A stretch of 24,000 bases of DNA from Photobacterium rosenbergii (GCF_033022775.1 NZ_JAWJZI010000003.1:441185-465184), one strand, 5' to 3'. Shown: positions 8,194 to 17,805, numbered from the stretch's first letter. Notes: generated by a model not told the origin, from the letters alone. Numbers and translations are program-made.

Positions 8194-8873
8194 TGGCGAC
8201 GATCCTCTTTGAGTTGCCCGTCTTCAAATACAATGACCCTCTTAGCCCGCTTGATCACTCTAGGATCATGGGTGGAGAAAATAAAGGTGGTGCCTTCCTT
8301 CTCATTGAGCTGCTGCATGATATCAAGCAGCTCGGAGGTGCTCTGGGCGTCAAGGTTCGCCGTTGGCTCATCGGCCATCACAAAACGGGGCCGGGGGGCG
8401 AGGGCCCTGGCTACCGCGACCCGCTGCTGCTGACCGCCCGACAGCTTGGCCGGACGCTTGTGCTGTTGATCTTCCAGCCCCACTTGGGTCAATAGCTCAC
8501 CCGCCCGTTGCCGGCAGGTTGATTCATCATGCCCTTGCAGCTGCATCACGAATTCGACATTTTCCAGCGCAGTCAGTACTGGTAGCAAGCTGTAATCTTG
8601 GAAGATAAACCCAACATGATCCCGCCGGAAGGCAATGAGTTCCTTCTCATCCAGCTGGCAAATATCGCAGTTATCAATAAGAACACTGCCCGAGCTTGGG
8701 CTGTCGATGCCGCCAATCATATTGAGCAAAGTTGTCTTCCCCGAGCCAGAAGGCCCCATGATCGCGACAAACTCCCCCTGTTCGACAGTAAGATCGAGAT
8801 CTTTTACCGCATGCACCGGGAAATCACTGTCAGCGTTATAGATTTTGCACAAGTTATTGGTTGAAATAGTCAT
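8190..8873 (-). CDS. ABC transporter ATP-binding protein (LolD/MacB-type)
   Basis: Motifs present are Walker A GPSGSGKTT, the signature LSGGQQQRVAVARAL, Walker B FVMADEPT and the H-loop STHD. The start is at ATG 8873 (MTISTNNLCKIY), 13 nt after the permease stop. The ORF-track start at 8972 overlaps the upstream gene. Confidence 0.9.
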   Translation of the reverse strand: MTISTNNLCKIYNADSDFPVHAVKDLDLTVEQGEFVAIMGPSGSGKTTLLNMIGGIDSPSSGSVLIDNCDICQLDEKELIAFRRDHVGFIFQDYSLLPVLTALENVEFVMQLQGHDESTCRQRAGELLTQVGLEDQQHKRPAKLSGGQQQRVAVARALAPRPRFVMADEPTANLDAQSTSELLDIMQQLNEKEGTTFIFSTHDPRVIKRAKRVIVFEDGQLKEDRRQ

Positions 8874-8886
8874 TAGTTCATCTCTG

Positions 8887-10146
8887 TCAGTGCTTATCGG
8901 CCATGGCATCAACAGGCCGCTGCTTGAGTATTTGCCGTGCAGGATAAAGCGCCGCCAACAGGCTGGCGGCAACCACCGTGAAGAAAATCATTTGGTATTC
9001 GGCAAAGGTGACCTGTGGAAACAGCAAGGTATCGACGCCAAATGCCCCCAAGCCTTCAGCCATTGCCCCAAGCGGGATCCCGGTGTACTGCAATACGCTG
9101 ATAAGCATAAGGCTCGCCAGCAGGCCAAGACTTGCCCCGGAGATCCCAAGCCATGCGGTTTCAAGCATGATCAGCAAAAACACACGGTGTTTTTGCATCC
9201 CGACCGCCATCAGCACACCGAACTCGCGGGTGCGCTCGAAAACAGACATCAGCATGATGTTGACGATGCCAAACCCCATTGCCACCACAAAAATCCCCAG
9301 CATAATGGCATTGCTAAGCCCCTGCTGATTGATCAGCGAGGCCAGCAAGGGCTGCACCTGTTGCCAGTCCCTGATCCGGTTACCAGTTTGAATGGCTTCG
9401 ACGCCTCTCAATCGCTGGGCTAGCAACATGGCAGCGTCATCGCTATCAAGCAAAATGGCCACCTCGTGTGCACCTTCAATTCCGGCCAATGCGGTAAGAT
9501 CGGCACGGCGAACAAAGACATTGCTGTCATCAAAACTGGTAGACGGCGTTTTGAAGATCCCCCTTACCCTGAAAGCCGCCCCGCTAACATCGCCAGCGGC
9601 ATCGGTAAAGGTGAGTACCACCTTGGAGCCAATACGCAGTTTAAGACGAGACGCAGTTTTCTCGGAAACCAGTACCGGGTTCCGTCCATCATCACTTAAC
9701 CACTCTCCTTGAGTAATATTGTCGGCCAGCGGGGTCACCGTCGATTCGGCTTGGGTATCAATACCATTAATACGAACGCCGCGGTTGCTGCGCGCTGATG
9801 CCACCATGCCATCGGCAACAAACCGGGCTGACCAACCTTTCAAACCAGGAAGTGCCGCAACTGCCTTCTCGACCTCAGACAGATCAACAATGGTGTGCTT
9901 GATATCAGGATCATCAAGATAAAGTGCACTCTGAACTTGAATATGGCTGGTCTGCCAGGCAATGGCATTGTGGATCATGCTGCCGTACATACCAGACAGG
10001 AACCCCATCATGGCAACGACCCCCATCAGGCCAAACACCATGGCGCCAAGCATGATCCCTGTACGCAATTTATTGCGCCAAAGGTTACGCCACGCTAGTT
10101 TGAAAAGCATATCTGTTCGCAAATAACTTCGCTTATCAGTTCGCAT
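8887..10146 (-). CDS. FtsX/MacB-type ABC permease (LolE/LolC-like), paralogue 2
   Basis: The protein is 419 aa. It has an N-terminal TM after LFKLAWRNLWRNKLRT, a large periplasmic domain of about 230 aa, and three C-terminal TM helices with the FtsX-type ERTREFGVLMAVGM motif. ATG 10146 has a consensus AAGGAGG 5 nt upstream and overlaps the upstream permease gene by 11 nt. Confidence 0.85.
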   Translation of the reverse strand: MRTDKRSYLRTDMLFKLAWRNLWRNKLRTGIMLGAMVFGLMGVVAMMGFLSGMYGSMIHNAIAWQTSHIQVQSALYLDDPDIKHTIVDLSEVEKAVAALPGLKGWSARFVADGMVASARSNRGVRINGIDTQAESTVTPLADNITQGEWLSDDGRNPVLVSEKTASRLKLRIGSKVVLTFTDAAGDVSGAAFRVRGIFKTPSTSFDDSNVFVRRADLTALAGIEGAHEVAILLDSDDAAMLLAQRLRGVEAIQTGNRIRDWQQVQPLLASLINQQGLSNAIMLGIFVVAMGFGIVNIMLMSVFERTREFGVLMAVGMQKHRVFLLIMLETAWLGISGASLGLLASLMLISVLQYTGIPLGAMAEGLGAFGVDTLLFPQVTFAEYQMIFFTVVAASLLAALYPARQILKQRPVDAMADKH

Positions 10147-11365
10147 GGCCGCCTCCTTTTAGCGCTTTGACGACTTCCAACCGGCGTATTCGCCACATCG
10201 GGTACATCAGGCAAACCACCAGCAGCACCAAAACAATAAGAATTTGATCAAGCATCAGCACTGGGTCCAGCGCCATTGGCAGGATAGGATCCCAGCCCAT
10301 TTCCAAGACCAGCTCGGCGGTTTCCCCTGTCAGTGTGATCGGGTTGAAATAAAACCACACCAACACAGGCAGGGTGATCACCATACCCATTGCTATCCCA
10401 AGGAAGCCTATCATCAAGGACTCCAGCCCAATCAAGGTGATGATTTTGCGCTTTAGCATACCGGTTGCTAGCATGACGCCAAATTCTCGCTGGCGCTCCA
10501 AAGTCATCATCAGCAAGGTGGCAAACAAACCGAAACCAACAACGCCGTACAGCAGGTACATGATGAAAATGCCGCCGGCCTTATCCATCAGAATTTGCTG
10601 GGCCATTTCCGGTGCCAAATCTTGCCAATCCCGCACATTGACCGTGTCGCCGTAAGCTTGTTTGAGCTGAGCCTCCGTCGCATTTAGTTGGCCAAGGGGC
10701 TTGATATCCAATACCCATGCCGTTACCTGCTCTTCGGTACTGTAAAGGGTTTGGGCGAGTGCGATTGGCATATACACCAGCTGGCTATCGAGCTGGGCAA
10801 CGGGGAAGTCCAAGATCCCTTTGACCCGGTAAAGCCCTGCTGCGGTCTGCCCACGATAACCCTGGCCGTAGAGGATCAGCTCATCCCCAACGCCTAAACC
10901 AAAATAGCGAGCAACGCCTTCACCGATGAGCACTTGCTGATCGTCGGGTGATAGGAAATCTCCCCTCTCCAAACGATTGGAGATGTTGGAATAACTGTCT
11001 TCTGCTTGAGTGTCGACCCCGAGCACCATCACGCCTTTGGACTTGTCCCCAGAGGCCGCTAAAGCAAATGATTCAATACGCGGTAAGACTCGGATAACAG
11101 TCGGGTTGGTTGACACAGGTTCCAAGAAAGCCCTATCCATCGGCAACAGATCATCAATGCTGTTGCTTTCGGCAAACTCTGGGTGCTGTAGCTGGATAAG
11201 GCCGGTATAGAAACGAGCCGCGTTTTCGATATTGTTGGCGTACGTCCCTTCCTGCAGGCTACGCATAAACAGCGACAAGGCCAATGTCAAAGCCAGGGCA
11301 GAAGCCGTCAGGATAGTGCGCCGCTTCTGCCGCCAGATATTACGCCAAGCTAATTTCAATAACAT
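10136..11365 (-). CDS. FtsX/MacB-type ABC permease (LolC/LolE-like), paralogue 1
   Basis: The protein is 409 aa with N-terminus MLLKLAWRNIWRQKRRT and the same architecture as paralogue 2, including the ERQREFGVMLATGM motif. AAGGAAG lies 4 nt upstream of ATG 11365. Confidence 0.85.
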   Translation of the reverse strand: MLLKLAWRNIWRQKRRTILTASALALTLALSLFMRSLQEGTYANNIENAARFYTGLIQLQHPEFAESNSIDDLLPMDRAFLEPVSTNPTVIRVLPRIESFALAASGDKSKGVMVLGVDTQAEDSYSNISNRLERGDFLSPDDQQVLIGEGVARYFGLGVGDELILYGQGYRGQTAAGLYRVKGILDFPVAQLDSQLVYMPIALAQTLYSTEEQVTAWVLDIKPLGQLNATEAQLKQAYGDTVNVRDWQDLAPEMAQQILMDKAGGIFIMYLLYGVVGFGLFATLLMMTLERQREFGVMLATGMLKRKIITLIGLESLMIGFLGIAMGMVITLPVLVWFYFNPITLTGETAELVLEMGWDPILPMALDPVLMLDQILIVLVLLVVCLMYPMWRIRRLEVVKALKGGGHAN

Positions 11366-11395
11366 GGTTCTTCCTTGTTGACCCGCTCCCAGCCC

Positions 11396-12145
11396 TTAAT
11401 CACGCAGCGACTTCATCTGGCTTTGGGAGAAGAAACTTTCTTTAATCGGGAAGTTGAACTGGGCTTGATGGGTAATGATTTCCGTTTTATTGCCCGGTTT
11501 ATCCGCAGGGATCATTTCCATCCGCGAGGCCACCTGGCGCCCGCCCATATATTTCACGTCGTAAGTGTTCATGGTATTGATCAGATCATCGAATTCGTCA
11601 TAGAACTCAACTTTGCGTTGCAGGTAGGTCTTCTTGGAGACCCATAGCCGAACCTTGCTCCAGACTACCGGCGCATTAGGCTTAGCAATGGCATCAATCA
11701 CCCAGCTGGCGTCATTATCAAACACTTCGCCACCCACCATTTTGTGGGTGTAATCCACCACAATGGATGACTGGTTGATCAAATCATCATTGGTAAAGTC
11801 TGAGCCCATCCAGGACTGACCCAGCATCGAAGGGGCGATTTTTACCACCCGCTCGATACTCGGCAACCAATTCCACATTTCCCGGTAGCGCTTGAGTGAC
11901 GCGCTGCCTTTGTCTTTGGCGGGCGCGGTTACTAACACCAAGGATAAATCTTGCCCTTTAGTCCAGCTTTTCATGCTCATGGTGCGGGTCCAGTCTGGAC
12001 GCACAATGCGCATGGTCGCTTCGGCATAACTGGAGTCACCCCGCATCTGCTGATCCGACTTTCTGACTATTGAGGTTGCCGACTCTGCCATCGCCCAAGC
12101 TGGAAGGCAGGCCAGGATAACCAACAAAACCTTAAGTGATTGCAT
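11396..12145 (-). CDS. Periplasmic LolA-like protein (outer-membrane lipoprotein-sorting protein family)
   Basis: A signal peptide (MQSLKVLLVILACLPAWAMA-ES) is present. The pattern MRIVRPDWTRTMSMKSWTKGQDLSLVLVTAPAKDKGSASLKRYREMWNWLPSIERVVKI matches what I recall of LolA_like domain proteins. The start is at ATG 12145, with AAGGAGG upstream overlapping the tetR stop. Confidence 0.62.
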   Translation of the reverse strand: MQSLKVLLVILACLPAWAMAESATSIVRKSDQQMRGDSSYAEATMRIVRPDWTRTMSMKSWTKGQDLSLVLVTAPAKDKGSASLKRYREMWNWLPSIERVVKIAPSMLGQSWMGSDFTNDDLINQSSIVVDYTHKMVGGEVFDNDASWVIDAIAKPNAPVVWSKVRLWVSKKTYLQRKVEFYDEFDDLINTMNTYDVKYMGGRQVASRMEMIPADKPGNKTEIITHQAQFNFPIKESFFSQSQMKSLRD

Positions 12146-12155
12146 TAACCCCTCC

Positions 12156-12836
12156 TTATTCCGTAAACCATGCGTGCAGTAGTTGATCATTGATCAAAGG
12201 CATACTGCCTGGCTTCGCCCCAACCATACGCTCAAGCACTAACTGAGTCGCTTTTACTTCTACAACAACCTCATCAAGTAAATCTGACATTTTGTCGGTG
12301 TTTAGCATTTTGCGGGTGAGCTCTTCCGAAAAGCCGTTAAGTACGCTGACCATCAACCTGGCGGTGACCGTGGTAGAAGGTGCATCAAACACCTTTTCTT
12401 GATTACCCTGGCACAAAATGACTTCGTAATAGCCTGCGAGCAAAGCACTGACTTTTTGCATGAAGTTATGCTTTAGCTGCAGATTTTCATCCATATTGAT
12501 GATCTTAAAGAAGCCCAGCATGATGTCTTTCTGACCAATTTCCCATTGATTAGTCCGACGCAACAGAGTCTCCCATTTGGTTAACGCATTGAGGTTGGGA
12601 TCCTCTACCAAGCCCCCGATCACCTGGCGGTACTGCTCCAGCATGTCATCACTCCACGCCTCCAGCACCGCTTGCTTGGAATCAAAATGATGGTAAAACG
12701 CCCCTTTGGACACCCCCACATGCTGGATAAGATCATTGACCGAGGTATTGGCATAGCCTTTAGAAAAAAACAGCGCATTGGCTGCAGCAATGAATTCTGC
12801 CCGCCGCTCCTGCGGCGACTTTACGACTCTTGGCAT
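12156..12836 (-). CDS. TetR/AcrR-family transcriptional repressor, first gene of the operon
   Basis: The N-terminal HTH reads RRAEFIAAANALFFSKGYANTSVNDLIQHVGVSKGAFYHHFDSK. The start is at ATG 12836, with AAGGAAAGGGG upstream. The ORF-track start at 12911 would translate through the operator palindrome. Confidence 0.85.
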   Translation of the reverse strand: MPRVVKSPQERRAEFIAAANALFFSKGYANTSVNDLIQHVGVSKGAFYHHFDSKQAVLEAWSDDMLEQYRQVIGGLVEDPNLNALTKWETLLRRTNQWEIGQKDIMLGFFKIINMDENLQLKHNFMQKVSALLAGYYEVILCQGNQEKVFDAPSTTVTARLMVSVLNGFSEELTRKMLNTDKMSDLLDEVVVEVKATQLVLERMVGAKPGSMPLINDQLLHAWFTE

Positions 12837-12853
12837 ACCCCTTTCCTTTACAG

Positions 12854-12870
12854 ACCGACCGACGGTCGGT
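12854..12870 (-). promoter_or_regulatory. Candidate TetR operator: perfect palindrome ACCGACCG-N-CGGTCGGT
   Basis: A perfect 8-1-8 inverted repeat lies 18 nt upstream of the tetR start codon and 8 nt downstream of the predicted -10 hexamer. Confidence 0.5.
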
Positions 12871-12878
12871 ATATGAAA

Positions 12879-12907
12879 AGCATATTCCTGATTGATATAT
12901 TTTTCAA
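12879..12907 (-). promoter_or_regulatory. Predicted sigma70 promoter of the tetR operon
   Basis: On the minus strand, TTGAAA (12907-12902) is followed by a 17-nt spacer and TATGCT (12884-12879). This is a pattern match only. Confidence 0.35.
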
Positions 12908-13071
12908 TCAAAAGGTTCTAGCTCACTAATGAACAAAAGAGCCACCACTTTCGTAATAGGTAACGTGGGCCGTTAAGTAATAAAACGACTTGACGGCTAA
13001 CCACATAGCAGCCATTGCATAACTCCAGCGTCTGGCAATGACAACCGAGAGAGTATTCAAGTGAGGTTTAC

Positions 13072-13383
13072 ATGACTTTCAAACAAGCAAGTATCGCAGC
13101 GCTTATGCTATCTGCAAGTTCATTCGCTATTGCAGATATCCGTATCATCGATACCCAAGCGGGTAGCTGGGTAAAAGTCACCGAAAATGGCAAACCGGCT
13201 GCTAATGCCAGGGTCAGTGTTAGCAATCCGGCCAACCGGGGGAAAGTATACAAAACCAATGAACATGGTGAGGTCTATATTCCTTTACATACCCGCACCT
13301 CAAGCACTCTCACCTATTCAATCCTGACTGAGGAGCGCAACGAATATACTCGGCGCAGCCTTCATACCAATAGTTTTGATTAA
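13072..13383 (+). CDS. Small secreted hypothetical protein (103 aa), possibly with a carboxypeptidase-regulatory-like beta-sandwich domain
   Basis: A signal peptide with an AxA site (LMLSASSFAIA-DIR) is present. GTGAGG lies 5 nt upstream of the ATG. GKPAANARVSVSNPANRGKVYKTNEHGEVYIP resembles CarboxypepD_reg-like repeats. Confidence 0.5.
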   Translation: MTFKQASIAALMLSASSFAIADIRIIDTQAGSWVKVTENGKPAANARVSVSNPANRGKVYKTNEHGEVYIPLHTRTSSTLTYSILTEERNEYTRRSLHTNSFD

Positions 13384-13415
13384 TCAATCTTTTCACACCC
13401 AATAGCTTCAAAAAA

Positions 13416-13437
13416 GCCAGCTCAATTTTGAGCTGGC
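13416..13437. terminator. Bidirectional rho-independent terminator between convergent genes
   Basis: The stem is GCCAGCTC/GAGCTGGC with loop AATTTT. An A5 run precedes it and TTCATTTT follows. Read on the minus strand, the hairpin is followed by TTTTTTG, which suits the glycosidase gene. Confidence 0.75.
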
Positions 13438-13468
13438 CTTCATTTTATATACTGTTTAGGCAAAACGA

Positions 13469-16045
<2,577 letters not shown>

Positions 16046-16189
16046 TCAATTATCCCCCAATGCCACCTGATGCCATGCTCTAGTGAGTCTTATTTTGCTA
16101 GCAGGCGGTGTTTATTTATTTCAATTAACAAGCTCGTTTCTTAGCGGGGAGAAGAATAATAAGTAAAACTTTAACTAAAATAGATCACC

Positions 16190-16423
16190 ATCACAGTAAA
16201 AAATTTCAGTAAAACAAATAACAAATACAAAATGAATACTATTAATAAACCATTGAAATTAAATTCAATATGGTGGCTTTTCGTGGAATTAACATCACAG
16301 TGTAATTTTTACTAACTTTTATTTTTTTGAAAGCAGATCACTGTGTGTAAATAAGTTTCTTTGTTACCTGAATAAACGGAAATAATTGCAGGATAACGAC
16401 GCTAATGGACTCGGTATCACAGT
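16190..16423. repeat. Dispersed octamer ATCACAGT: three exact copies plus the variant ATCACTGT
   Basis: Exact copies are at 16190-16197, 16294-16301 and 16416-16423. The variant is at 16337-16344. Two copies extend to TGGA-N7-TCACAGT (16284-16301 and 16406-16423). All lie in the AT-rich region upstream of the glycosidase gene. Confidence 0.5.
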
Positions 16424-16766
16424 AGCTGGTTCGACCATACTCATCATAAACAGGCTTAAAAGCCCAAACGTAACGCTAGCTTCTCTTATGTAACAGTAAA
16501 TCCCCATCGATATTGCCTCATGCAGTGCAAAAATCAGCCTGTATATTTATGCAAGCAGTTTATAGCGGAAAAAAGCCAGCCTTCGCTCACGAAGCTAGTC
16601 ACAGAGTCCTGCTAGAGATTAACAATCACCAAGCCTATAAGGAGGCTGCTTCCTTTTTTAAGCGATCAAATAAGACTTTCTGGCTGTTGTTATCCGCAAA
16701 TACGGTAGGTTTGGAAGAGGAAATATCGGGGCAAGAGGCTGCAATGAAAGGTTAAACGCACAAAAA

Positions 16767-16790
16767 AAGCCAGCTCATTTAAGCTGGCTT
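16767..16790 (-). terminator. Rho-independent terminator of udp
   Basis: The stem is AAGCCAGCT/AGCTGGCTT with loop CATTTA. On the minus strand it is followed by TTTTTTTG, and it lies 25 nt downstream of the udp stop. Confidence 0.8.
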
Positions 16791-16814
16791 TCTATAAATT
16801 GGGTATAGAGCTAA

Positions 16815-17582
16815 TTACTCAGCAAGCATACGACGTGCAGCGTCTACCACAACCTTGATTGAACGCGCTTCTGTTTCTTTCAGTGTCGCGTGATCAGGGA
16901 TCTCTTTCTGAGTACGGTTGATTATCACACCCGCCACACAGCCAGCACGTAGACCAGAACTTGCACACATAGTTAACAGCGTTGCTGATTCCATTTCGAA
17001 GTTCAATACGCCCATTTCCTGCCACTCTTTCATCGAGCCTTGGAAACGGCGAACAACACGGCCAGAGAATGTGTCGTAGCGCTCTTGGCCTGGGTAGAAA
17101 GTATCACTTGATGCTGTCACACCAGTGTGCACTTTGGCACCATCGGCATCACAAGCTGCTTTCATAGCTGTTGCCACATCAAAGTCAGCAACTGCTGGGA
17201 ACTCCATTGGTGCAAAGTGCAGGCTCGCACCATCTAGGCGTACAGAGCCAGTTGAAACGATCATGTCACCCACATTGATATGTGGCTGGATAGCACCTGT
17301 TGTACCTACGCGAAGGAACGTACGTACACCCAGCTGTGCCAACTCTTCAACAGCAATTGACGTAGACGGGCCACCAATACCGGTAGAACAAACAACAACA
17401 GACTTACCATCCAACTTAGCGCGGTACACCGTGTATTCACGAGAGCTTGCTAGAAACTCAGGGTTATCCATTAGGTTAGCGATTTTTTCAACTCGTGCCG
17501 GGTCACCAGGAATAATGGCTAGCTCTGCACCGTTAAGATCTGCTTTGTTCACACCTAAATGGAATACTGCGTTGTCAGACAT
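16815..17582 (-). CDS. udp: Uridine phosphorylase
   Basis: Starting from [11 protein letters not shown], the protein aligns along its whole length with E. coli Udp as I recall it ([72 protein letters not shown]). The start is at ATG 17582 (253 aa, AAGGA upstream). The ORF-track start at 17657 adds 25 aa. Confidence 0.95.
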   Translation of the reverse strand: MSDNAVFHLGVNKADLNGAELAIIPGDPARVEKIANLMDNPEFLASSREYTVYRAKLDGKSVVVCSTGIGGPSTSIAVEELAQLGVRTFLRVGTTGAIQPHINVGDMIVSTGSVRLDGASLHFAPMEFPAVADFDVATAMKAACDADGAKVHTGVTASSDTFYPGQERYDTFSGRVVRRFQGSMKEWQEMGVLNFEMESATLLTMCASSGLRAGCVAGVIINRTQKEIPDHATLKETEARSIKVVVDAARRMLAE

Positions 17583-17644
17583 AATCATATCCTTTCTATT
17601 GTTGCCGCCTGATAGGGAAATTGAGGCCAGCGGCTGATTCATTT

Positions 17645-17720
17645 TGTTTATACCCAAATGGCTTCAATAGGAAGACTCCAGCGTTGTAGCAACTTACTGG
17701 TAATCATTTGGGTATAAACA
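17645..17720 (-). repeat. Perfect 16-bp inverted repeat (TGTTTATACCCAAATG / CATTTGGGTATAAACA) with a 44-nt spacer, in the predicted udp leader
   Basis: The arms are at 17645-17660 and 17705-17720. The spacer contains nested CCAG/CTGG and GTTG/CAAC pairings. The repeat lies between the predicted udp transcription start (~17749) and the start codon (17582). Confidence 0.6.
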
Positions 17721-17782
17721 GTTTCTGCATAACAGTGCTCGTAACACATGCAATTACGATAGCTGATTAAAACCAACAATTG

Positions 17783-17798
17783 AGTGATCATAGTCACA
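17783..17798 (-). promoter_or_regulatory. CRP site, proximal (AGTGA-TCATAG-TCACA), udp promoter
   Basis: It matches 9 of 10 positions of TGTGA-N6-TCACA. A TATCGT -10 candidate (minus strand, 17761-17756) lies 32 bp from the site centre, which would place the site near -41.5. Confidence 0.65.
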
Positions 17799-17805
17799 GT
17801 AAGCC

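Noticed and set aside
8845-9423. 192-aa plus-strand ORF, and similar ORFs at 8214-8608 and 9392-10098, antisense to the ABC genes
   Set aside because: These are shadow ORFs on the opposite strand of well-supported genes. Their compositions are Arg/His/Pro-rich or Ser-rich, as is typical of antisense frames.
13411-13440. The two terminators (13411-13440 and 16762-16790) share AAAAAGCCAGCTCA..AGCTGGC, which could indicate a repeat family
   Set aside because: Both are explained as ordinary intrinsic terminators at gene ends. The shared core is short and GC-stem-like, and the loops and flanks differ.
16261-16269. The 9-mer AAATTCAAT is shared between the glycosidase upstream region and the udp central palindrome (17806-17814)
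   Set aside because: In two AT-rich regions of about 770 and 400 bp, one shared AT-rich 9-mer is expected by chance. It is not evidence for a common operator.
16232-16315. 27-aa ORF (MNTINKPLKLNSIWWLFVELTSQCNFY) in the AT-rich region
   Set aside because: It has no ribosome-binding site. AT-rich DNA yields such ORFs by chance, and I cannot assess conservation.
16424-16440. tRNA-like T-loop string GGTTCGACC
   Set aside because: The flanking sequence cannot form a T-stem of more than 3 bp, and no acceptor, D or anticodon arms can be drawn. It is not a tRNA.
16513-16755. 80-aa plus-strand ORF in the AT-rich intergenic region
   Set aside because: It uses a non-ATG start in the ORF track and has no Shine-Dalgarno. 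The composition is low-complexity and Lys/Ala-rich with no recognisable domain. It runs through a terminator-like hairpin and into the udp terminator, so it is most likely a chance ORF.
17125-17637. 170-aa plus-strand ORF antisense to udp
   Set aside because: udp on the minus strand is unambiguous by near full-length resemblance to E. coli Udp. The antisense frame is Ala/Ser/Pro-rich with no motif.
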